Of a DNA stretch of 34,207 nt, positions 1 to 6,266 are shown one piece after another; position 1 is the stretch's first letter; every line of letters starts with the position of its first letter. This DNA comes from a virus. Taxonomy: Duplodnaviria; Caudoviricetes. Below the pieces are notes generated by a model. The model was not told the DNA's origin. It worked only from the letters and a program-made list of their open reading frames with translations, and ran no database searches. A program made the translations under genes and the position numbers. Location of the stretch: IMG/VR virus record IMGVR_UViG_3300005058_000015, positions 1 to 34,207 of that record. One strand, 5' to 3'.

Positions 1-12
1 CCGAATAGTGTG

Positions 13-100
13 TATAATTACGTACGTCAGGCCAAGTGAGCCTGACACTCGCCGACTGAGAGAGTCGGAGGTTGCCCCCGCCAAGGGCAAGGAGAAAACG
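13..100 (+). promoter_or_regulatory. -10 box TATAAT followed by a three-hairpin 5' leader and AGGAG ribosome-binding site
   Basis: TATAAT 13-18; stems 26-32/40-46, 52-57/63-68, 72-77/85-90; AGGAG 90-94; ATG 101. The -35 box would lie before the window start. Confidence 0.6.
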
Positions 101-358
101 ATGACCGCTTACCACGCTATCCGAGTTGACGCCGAGAATAACGCCGACTCTTTTTGGGCTGGTCTCCGCGAGAGACTGCCGCACGTTGCCAAATCGCTTG
201 AGCGCAACGACTGCGCGATCGTCGGCGAAGAAATCTACGGGCAGCTCGCCGACCTCGGGGCATTCGACGGCGATCCGTCTCCGCTGGTCGACTGCGGAGC
301 AGATGGCGACATGTTTGCCGACGTCGCTGCCAGCCGCCACGAAGTGATCGAAGCCTAG
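101..358 (+). CDS. Hypothetical acidic protein (85 aa), probable early gene
   Basis: Strong SD before ATG 101; preferred over the track start at 8. Confidence 0.75.
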   Translation: MTAYHAIRVDAENNADSFWAGLRERLPHVAKSLERNDCAIVGEEIYGQLADLGAFDGDPSPLVDCGADGDMFADVAASRHEVIEA

Positions 359-366
359 TCGCCTTC

Positions 367-434
367 CCCGCTCCCGTCCGTGCTCGGCAGCCGGTCGACG
401 TAAGTCGTAGACGCCGCAAGGCGACGGGAGCGGG
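367..434 (+). other. Multi-branched RNA structure in an intergenic region
   Basis: Perfect 12-bp stem 367-378/423-434 enclosing two GNRA-capped hairpins (cgac-GTAA-gtcg, gcc-GCAA-ggc). Confidence 0.55.
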
Positions 435-457
435 CCTCTATTAGCAGGATCGACCGC

Positions 458-1114
458 ATGGCTTGGCCGCGAGTTGACTATTCCGGGCAGACAATTGGAC
501 CACTGACGATTTCCTCCGAATCCAGGATCGTGCACCGAGACAAGTCGCAAAGGCGCGAAGTGCTTTGTACTTGTAAATGTGGTAGCACTTTCTGGGTCTC
601 GACAAGTAACCTCAGTAATTACAGGCACTACAAGGGGTGCCGAGGTTGCCTTTCCCGCACGGCAACGCGGCATGGGCACTACACGAAAAACAAGAAAACC
701 AAAACCTACAGCACCTGGGCGAGCCATAAGGCCAGGGGAATTCTCGCTGCTGCGTGGCACGACTTCCCAACCTTCCTCGCAGCAATTGGCGACCTGACGC
801 ACCGTCGCACTGTCGTCAGGGCTCGCAAGTCCGAGCCACTTGGCCCCGGCAACTTCGTTGTTGTGCACTACAAATCGACCGCAGTTCAAGCTGATATCTC
901 TCGGTTTTTCCGCACGCTTGGCGCTCTCCGCAAACCAGCGACAGTCAAGGAGATTCAATCGCTCAGTGGTCTTTCGGAGAAAACCGTTCGGCGCGATCTG
1001 GCGCAATTGAAGCAGCTCGGCTTCGACGTGCGGTTTCGCGAAGGGGAATTCAACCGTCGCGCATTTCGCGTTGTTGGACTATGGAAAACACTCAAGCGAC
1101 TTATCGGAGACTGA
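458..1114 (+). CDS. Phage homing-endonuclease-like Zn-binding protein fused to a C-terminal winged HTH
   Basis: N-terminal GQTIGPLTI..CTCKCG..SNL..GCRGC..HG..TYSTW pattern typical of phage HNH/AP2-associated endonucleases; C-terminal ATVKEIQSLSGLSEKTVRRDLAQLKQLG is DeoR/HTH_11-like. Confidence 0.65.
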   Translation: MAWPRVDYSGQTIGPLTISSESRIVHRDKSQRREVLCTCKCGSTFWVSTSNLSNYRHYKGCRGCLSRTATRHGHYTKNKKTKTYSTWASHKARGILAAAWHDFPTFLAAIGDLTHRRTVVRARKSEPLGPGNFVVVHYKSTAVQADISRFFRTLGALRKPATVKEIQSLSGLSEKTVRRDLAQLKQLGFDVRFREGEFNRRAFRVVGLWKTLKRLIGD

Positions 1115-1116
1115 CC

Positions 1117-1350
1117 GTGACTCACGACCTCCCGCAAACACTCGTCGAGGCCGTCCGCTACTTCGCTGATCCTGCTGTATGTGCCGCGTACATGCGCACC
1201 ATCAAGTGGCCTGACGGCGATTGCGCCTGCCCGAAGTGCGGCGCGAAGGGTGATCGCATCGGCGAGATTGCCACGCGCGGCATGCTGCGATGCAAAGACT
1301 TCCGCAAGCAGTTCTCCGTCAAGGTGGACACGATTTTCGAGGATTCGCCG
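1117..1350 (+). pseudogene. Truncated IS1595-family transposase (N-terminal zinc ribbon only)
   Basis: YFADPAVCAAYMRTIKWPDG..CPKCG..RCKDFRKQFSVKVDTIFEDS matches the IS1595 N-terminus; the second CxxC is broken (CKDF) and no DDE domain follows. Confidence 0.8.
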
Positions 1351-1432
1351 CCATCGAGGCAGCGTGCCGAGTCGTCGGCGGCGCTGCTGACGATCCAGAG
1401 AGCGCGACAGCGCAATACAACTAGGAGGCCGA

Positions 1433-1624
1433 ATGAAATCCGTGCGAATCCAACTCACACAGCCCATCGACCTACTCGCCGCAATTGACTGCGCCGCCGA
1501 AGCTGCCGGCGTCAGTCGGTCGGAGTGGATAGCGGCGGCATGCCGCGCGAAGCTCGGGCGCGAGGTGCGCCAGACGCTAGCGGAGCGGCCGAAGGTAGGC
1601 AGGCCGGTTGAGCCGCGAGTATAA
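1433..1624 (+). CDS. Ribbon-helix-helix (CopG-like) DNA-binding protein
   Basis: VRIQLTQP..LLAAIDCAAEAAGVSRSEWIAAAC pattern; C-terminal GRP motif; AGGAGG SD at 1423-1428. Confidence 0.8.
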   Translation: MKSVRIQLTQPIDLLAAIDCAAEAAGVSRSEWIAAACRAKLGREVRQTLAERPKVGRPVEPRV

Positions 1625-1631
1625 TTCTCTC

Positions 1632-1699
1632 GGGAGGTGCCGGTTCGACTCCGGCCGCCTGCTGGTGAGGCAGGCGCGGTGTTGCTGGCGCGCACGCCC
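1632..1699 (+). ncRNA. Circularly permuted tRNA-like RNA (T arm, loop-closed acceptor stem, D arm; no anticodon, no CCA)
   Basis: T arm gccgg-TTCGACT-ccggc 1639-1655; 7-bp stem 1656-1662/1670-1676; D-like arm gtgt/gcac with GG loop 1679-1695; GGG 1632-1634 pairs with CCC 1697-1699; TATAAT at 1620-1625. Confidence 0.7.
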
Positions 1700-1897
1700 T
1701 GGTTTTTGCCCTATATGAGGTCGCCGCATTCTACAGCCCATTTCTCTGCACGGCCTTGCTGCTGCCTCGAAAACATAGGCAAGGTTGCGTTGGGCAGGGG
1801 TGCTCGTCAGTCGCGGGAGCAGCGGAAACCGCGAACTACCCAAGTGGCAAATGGTGCCACCGATTGCAGCCGTCGATTAAGGGCTGCCGCACGATAG

Positions 1898-1929
1898 CAG
1901 CTCGGCTTCGGTCGGGCTGTTTTCGTTTT
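1898..1929 (+). terminator. Intrinsic terminator with cUUCGg loop
   Basis: cagctcggc-TTCG-gtcgggctg followed by ttttcgtttt. Confidence 0.8.
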
Positions 1930-2092
1930 GCGTGAGACCATGTTGCCAGCGCCGGCAATATGGTCGGCGTTTTGCGGCAACCCTCGCTTTTGCGGGCTTT
2001 TGCGGACGACGCGCCGGGAAATGCGGACTTGTGCTGGCTTGTGCTGCGTGACGTGCGCTCAGCTTTCAGGCGCCACCGCCTAACCGAGTAGC

Positions 2093-2120
2093 TTGCCGTC
2101 GTCAATAGGCGTGGTAAGAT
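2093..2120 (+). promoter_or_regulatory. Sigma70-type promoter, candidate late-operon promoter
   Basis: TTGCCG 2093-2098, 16-nt spacer, extended -10 TGgTAAGAT 2112-2120. Confidence 0.55.
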
Positions 2121-2152
2121 ACCGAGAGGAAACGGGAAGGCGATTCCCGGAA

Positions 2153-2365
2153 ATGGTCATGGTCAGACCGGACTCAGCTTTCATGCTTGCGGCTGAAAAG
2201 TCCATTCGAGATGCGGTACACAATCGCGCAGAGCGGTTGATTCAACGACTTCTGCGAGCCCGACAAGAGGGAAACACCCATTGTGACGGCGAGCTTCGCG
2301 TATCTCTTGCAGACGATCGCATCGTCAGCGGCGCGGTAACAATCGTGGAGAAGTTCAAGGCGTAG
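2153..2365 (+). CDS. Small protein (70 aa), candidate RNA-binding antiterminator (YezD/DUF2292-like layout)
   Basis: Predicted helix followed by a beta hairpin (GELRVSLADDRIVSGAVTIVEKFK); lies between the promoter and the attenuator; start may be 2153 or 2159. Confidence 0.6.
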   Translation: MVMVRPDSAFMLAAEKSIRDAVHNRAERLIQRLLRARQEGNTHCDGELRVSLADDRIVSGAVTIVEKFKA

Positions 2366-2380
2366 CGGACAATTCAAACC

Positions 2381-2441
2381 GGGTTACTGAGACACAGAGC
2401 CCCGCGTCGTGCAAAAGGCAAGCACGGCTGCGGGCTTTTTT
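2381..2441 (+). terminator. Attenuator: intrinsic terminator overlapped by an alternative antiterminator hairpin
   Basis: Terminator 2397-2412/2422-2437 plus T-run; alternative gggtt-a-ctg-agaca-cag-agccc 2381-2402 shares 2397-2402. Confidence 0.65.
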
Positions 2442-2457
2442 CGTTTGGGGGCTGCAA

Positions 2458-2673
2458 ATGCAATCACGAGTCATTCCCGAGCTGCGACCGCGTATCGTCG
2501 CTCACCCTCTCTTGTCGGCTTTCCTGTCGCTCAGTTCTGGCCCGATGTTCCGCCAGTCGCGCGACAAAGCGAGGGTGAATCGCTACACGCCTTGTGCGAC
2601 CTGCGGAAAACTCACGAAGTGGAGCCAGTGCCACTCGTGCGCGGCGACTGAGGAGGCTGTGGCAGCACGATGA
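2458..2673 (+). CDS. Small zinc-finger protein
   Basis: CATC...CHSC; ATGA overlap with the next gene. Confidence 0.6.
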   Translation: MQSRVIPELRPRIVAHPLLSAFLSLSSGPMFRQSRDKARVNRYTPCATCGKLTKWSQCHSCAATEEAVAAR

Positions 2674-2771
2674 AGGCATTGAAGGTTCTTTTCTGGGTTG
2701 GCGCAGCCGCGATCGTGGTTGGATACAACGCGCTGCACTACATGGCGCTTTGGAATATGGCGACCCGATGA
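2670..2771 (+). CDS. 33-aa single-TM protein (below the ORF-track cutoff)
   Basis: MKALKVLFWVGAAAIVVGYNALHYMALWNMATR; ATGA overlaps at both ends. Confidence 0.7.
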   Translation: MKALKVLFWVGAAAIVVGYNALHYMALWNMATR

Positions 2772-3271
2772 CCGCTCCCATTCACAACACGAAGCCGGCG
2801 AGACCAGAGCCGACAGAAACGCAATTCTGGTGCCCTGGTTGCAATCGAGATCGGTGCGCATGCCTCCGGCAATCACTCAATTTATTGGGAGCGATCGGAG
2901 TTTTCGTGGGGCTGCTGTTGCTATCACTACTCGCCTCCGACAGGTCAGCCAAGTCCAAGCCCATCGACTACCAGCAGCGCACCATCAACCACCTGGAGCA
3001 AGATCGCGACACCTGGCGAGAGCGAGCCGAAGCCAGCGACCGACTGCGTGCCGACCAGGATCGCTCGCTAGACGCCTTGCTTGCGAAGTTCTCGCGCGTC
3101 GTCACTCCCGTCGAGGACCAGTCCTATCGACTCGGCGAACAAGAAAAAACCATCCACCTACTCCGGCGCGAACTGAAAGCCATCGAAGAACGCGAGCTGA
3201 TTCGAGGCTCGCTGGGCAAGGTGGATATGAGACCGGAAGAAACAAACCCATTCCCTCAAGGTGAACCATGA
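2768..3271 (+). CDS. Membrane-anchored coiled-coil protein (i-spanin/Rz-like topology) with N-terminal Cys cluster
   Basis: CPGC..CAC, then hydrophobic LLGAIGVFVGLLLLSLLA, then long charged heptad-like helices; ATGA overlaps. Confidence 0.7.
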   Translation: MTAPIHNTKPARPEPTETQFWCPGCNRDRCACLRQSLNLLGAIGVFVGLLLLSLLASDRSAKSKPIDYQQRTINHLEQDRDTWRERAEASDRLRADQDRSLDALLAKFSRVVTPVEDQSYRLGEQEKTIHLLRRELKAIEERELIRGSLGKVDMRPEETNPFPQGEP

Positions 3272-3639
3272 ATTTCGCTCAGTTCTTGAAGCTCTTGCAA
3301 ACCGTCCTGGCGTTCGCTCCGAATCTCGGCACGCTGCTCAACACGCTCTTGACCGGCAAGACGTGGAACGAAAAGCTCGCCATCGTCGGCACACTCATCG
3401 ACACGATTCTGGCCAACCTGCCAGCGGCCAAGGCTTGCATCGAGGCCAATGCCGTGATGGCCCTCGACGCCGAGCAAGAGGAAGCCCTGGTCTTTGAGAC
3501 CTGCGGGCTATTCCGTCGCAAGCCGGCCGGTGAAGTCGACGCCGATGCCTTTGACGGCACGAAGCTCAAGGCGATTTTCGCGCTGCTGCAGCCGTTCCTG
3601 CCGTTGCTCCTGAAGCTGATTGGGCTGCCAATCGCATGA
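3268..3639 (+). CDS. Amphipathic/hydrophobic helical protein, possible holin-like
   Basis: Leu-rich helices at both termini; SD aaggtga; ATGA overlap. Confidence 0.7.
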   Translation: MNFAQFLKLLQTVLAFAPNLGTLLNTLLTGKTWNEKLAIVGTLIDTILANLPAAKACIEANAVMALDAEQEEALVFETCGLFRRKPAGEVDADAFDGTKLKAIFALLQPFLPLLLKLIGLPIA

Positions 3640-3728
3640 TCACCGTTCTCGTTACGCTCGCCGTTGTTTTCATAGTTGGCGTCGTCGCCCTGGCCGTGTT
3701 CTTCCTTCGCAATCCGCCGATCCGATGA
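3636..3728 (+). CDS. 30-aa single-TM protein (below the ORF-track cutoff)
   Basis: MITVLVTLAVVFIVGVVALAVFFLRNPPIR; ATGA overlaps at both ends. Confidence 0.75.
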   Translation: MITVLVTLAVVFIVGVVALAVFFLRNPPIR

Positions 3729-4738
3729 CCGAGCCTGTTTTCCAACTTCCGCCCGACTGGCGCATCACGCCAGCAGTTTTGCCGCTCGCCGAGAAGGTGA
3801 GTTGGGCAAACGATTTCGTCGGCATCTCGGAAGCCTGGAAGATCACCAAGGGCAAGGGCGTCAAGGTGTGCATTCTTGACACCGGGTGCGACCTGCATCA
3901 TCCCGACTTGCGCTCGGGCATCGTCGAAGCGGTGGACTTCACACGCTCGCCGTACGGCCCGCAAGATCGAGCCGGGCATGGCACATGGTGCGCGGGAGCG
4001 ATCGGCGCACGCGGCCGAATCGAGGGCATCGCGCCCGAATGCTCGCTGATGATCGGCAAGGTGCTCGGCGATAACGGCGCGGGAGACGAGGAAGGTATCT
4101 ATTCCGGGCTCATGTGGGCGCTCAACAACGGCGCTGACATCGTATCGATGAGCTTGGGCGGGCCGCGCATGAGCCGCACGATGCACGAACTGATTATTCG
4201 CTTCGTCAGCCGTCGCCAAAAGTGGATCTTCGCCGCCTCGGGAAACGACGGCACCTACAACCGCATGGGCTACCCGGCCGGGTGGAAAGAAACCATTTCG
4301 GTGGGAGCCGTCGACAAGGAAGGTCGTCGCGCGAAGTTCTCCAACGCGGGCGATAACCTCGATATCGTTGCCCCAGGCGTCGACACGCTCAGCACGATTC
4401 CGCTGCGTGACGGCGGCTATGGTTCGATGAGCGGCACGTCGATGGCCACGCCGATCGTGGCGGGCGTAGCTGCTCTGGCGCTGGCCAAGCATCGAGCGGC
4501 TGGCGGGGAGTCGGGTCTCGATACTCTCGACGACATGCGCGAGCACTTGCGGAAGTCGGCAACGGATACCGGCGCACCAGGCCACGACCCTGAGACCGGC
4601 GCGGGCATCATCAACGCACCGCGACTGCTCAGCCGCATTTCCAAGGATGCAGACCTGCCGCAAGCCGGCGAAGCGTCAATTACGATTCCGTTCCCGATGC
4701 TCGGGTACAAGACCCTGACACTCATTTTCTCGCCCTAA
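3725..4738 (+). CDS. Subtilisin-family (S8) serine protease, intracellular-subtilisin-like
   Basis: Catalytic motifs ILDTG, GHGTWCAG, AASGND, GTSMATP intact; no signal peptide or I9 propeptide; start 3725 chosen from the ATGA overlap. Confidence 0.95.
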   Translation: MTEPVFQLPPDWRITPAVLPLAEKVSWANDFVGISEAWKITKGKGVKVCILDTGCDLHHPDLRSGIVEAVDFTRSPYGPQDRAGHGTWCAGAIGARGRIEGIAPECSLMIGKVLGDNGAGDEEGIYSGLMWALNNGADIVSMSLGGPRMSRTMHELIIRFVSRRQKWIFAASGNDGTYNRMGYPAGWKETISVGAVDKEGRRAKFSNAGDNLDIVAPGVDTLSTIPLRDGGYGSMSGTSMATPIVAGVAALALAKHRAAGGESGLDTLDDMREHLRKSATDTGAPGHDPETGAGIINAPRLLSRISKDADLPQAGEASITIPFPMLGYKTLTLIFSP

Positions 4739-4748
4739 GTGGCATGGC

Positions 4749-6266
4749 ATGTTTTCGGCAATGGTAGCAGCAGCGATCATCGCGATTGGCGCAGACCTTC
4801 CGCAGCCGGTGCAAACTCCGGCGAGTGCGGTTGTGGCTGCGCTGACCGACGCGCAATCATTGCCGCCGTCGACACGCCCGTTCGTTCGCTACCAGTGGTG
4901 CCCGCCCGGATCGGCCAAGGAACTGCCGGCGCTGGTGTCGTATGCGGTCAACGCTGCTGCCTCGAGCGCCAACACGATTCAGAGGCCGGTGATCATCGTC
5001 GACGGTGCTCTGATTCGCTGGGACTTGCGCTTGCTCGCCCCCGACCCCACGGAGTTGGTGCGACTCGGGAAGGTGTGGGACGACCTCGCGCAAACCGACC
5101 CGTATTTCACGGTTCGCAAGCAATCGGTGGTGGGCGGCAAGGTGCTGCTCGTCATGGCCTTCGCGCCACATCTCCCCCAGGAAATCACGCAACTTTCGGT
5201 GCTGCTCAACAGCAAGGCTCCGGTGCTCCGCGCCGATTGGATGCTTGTGAAGATGCTCACGACCGTTGACGGTGGCCAATACTACAACTTCGCCGGCATC
5301 GAGCGGAACCCCAAGCAGGGCACGGCGCAGGCCGCGTTTCTTGCCTCAGTGGGAGCCGATGAAAAGAAATCGCAGCAACTCTCCGGCGACCAACGCGCGG
5401 CAATGTTCCGCTCGGAAGTGACCGGCAAGCCGCGCCGTATCGACGTGTTCCGTGGTGTAGCGGGTCGCTCGGGAACAGGGCTCGTGTCAGTCACGCACGA
5501 CGTTAAAGACGGCGACGTGGGCGCGAATCAGAATCCCCTGCTGTCGATTCTGCGCTTCAACGACCGTGCTCGAGAAGTGATCGCCGAGAAGAATAACGGC
5601 TTGCATATCTACGCGCTCTTCGACGCCTTTGGACGCTTGCAAGATGAAGTCCCGCCTAACATTGCGGCTGACGCGACAATCCCAAGACCGCACACACAGC
5701 GACTTGAGCCCGCCCGAGGGTGCATCGTTTGCCACGGTCCTGATGACGGCTGGAAGCGCTTCGGTAATGACATTGCGACTTTGCTCACCGCCAGAAACGG
5801 CAATCGTTTCGACGTTATTGACGACCTTGCCGAAAATAAGCTGACCACCGACCAACTCCTAGACCGTTTGGCAGGGCTCTACGCTGCTGGCGACGACCTG
5901 AACCGCAAGATGCAACGCGGGCGCGACGACTACGCCATAGCTGTCTGGCGAGCCACGGGCGGCATGGAACCGGCTGCCGCTGCTGCGGGAATTGGCAGCG
6001 TGTTCGACGCCTACCGCTATCAGCAGGTGGGAGCCGACGGCGCGTGCCTGGAGCTCGGCTATCGAGTCGCACCAGAGAACGCCTCGCAGGCAATCAACTG
6101 GCTATTGCCACCGTTGCCGGCCGCTGCTGATGGCGTGTCGCCTGAAGACGGTCGAATCGCGGCGCTCAAGGCTGGAATCAAGATCAATCGCGGCGAGTGG
6201 GAGCAGGTCTACGCCGACGCTCAGGTCCGCGCGAACAAGCAACTGGAGAAGATCAATGCGAAGTAA
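4749..6266 (+). CDS. Exported 505-aa protein with one heme c motif (CIVCH)
   Basis: Hydrophobic N-terminus MFSAMVAAAIIAIGA; CxxCH at 5721-5735; motifs IRWDLR, DPYF, RADW, NGLHIYAL recall an uncharacterised CxxCH family. Confidence 0.8.
   Translation: MFSAMVAAAIIAIGADLPQPVQTPASAVVAALTDAQSLPPSTRPFVRYQWCPPGSAKELPALVSYAVNAAASSANTIQRPVIIVDGALIRWDLRLLAPDPTELVRLGKVWDDLAQTDPYFTVRKQSVVGGKVLLVMAFAPHLPQEITQLSVLLNSKAPVLRADWMLVKMLTTVDGGQYYNFAGIERNPKQGTAQAAFLASVGADEKKSQQLSGDQRAAMFRSEVTGKPRRIDVFRGVAGRSGTGLVSVTHDVKDGDVGANQNPLLSILRFNDRAREVIAEKNNGLHIYALFDAFGRLQDEVPPNIAADATIPRPHTQRLEPARGCIVCHGPDDGWKRFGNDIATLLTARNGNRFDVIDDLAENKLTTDQLLDRLAGLYAAGDDLNRKMQRGRDDYAIAVWRATGGMEPAAAAAGIGSVFDAYRYQQVGADGACLELGYRVAPENASQAINWLLPPLPAAADGVSPEDGRIAALKAGIKINRGEWEQVYADAQVRANKQLEKINAK

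Noticed and set aside
26..434. Hammerhead or other known self-cleaving ribozyme, or SAM/c-di-GMP riboswitch, in the hairpin clusters
   Set aside because: Core motifs such as CUGANGA plus GAAA are not present in the required arrangement.
1632..1662. att-site duplicate of the tRNA-Val at 33323
   Set aside because: T-stem and acceptor sequences differ from the tRNA-Val 3' end (gccgg/cgcctgc versus acagg/atcgccc).
1580..1727. Extended Ro-binding stem making a full-length YrlA (GCCGAAG at 1588-1594 pairing with 1705-1727)
   Set aside because: Pairing is interrupted and GC-rich, overlaps the RHH coding region, and lies upstream of the TATAAT box; cannot be supported without covariation.
1632..1929. 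Functional two-piece tmRNA (ssrA)
   Set aside because: Acceptor stem lacks G3-U70, the A discriminator and CCA; a paired D stem is present; the candidate tag ends AAAR. Kept only as a weak resemblance.
3566..4663. Long minus-strand ORF (365 aa) and similar antisense ORFs at 6253-7101, 8615-9451, 15451-16143 and 25696-26448
   Set aside because: Antisense shadows of well-supported + strand genes in high-GC DNA; no motifs.
5992..6255. Track starts at 5992, 3620, 2594, 19251, 17759 and 13417
   Set aside because: They overlap upstream genes extensively; downstream starts with SD or stop-start overlaps (6256, 3725, 2768, 19308, 17801, 13507) fit better.
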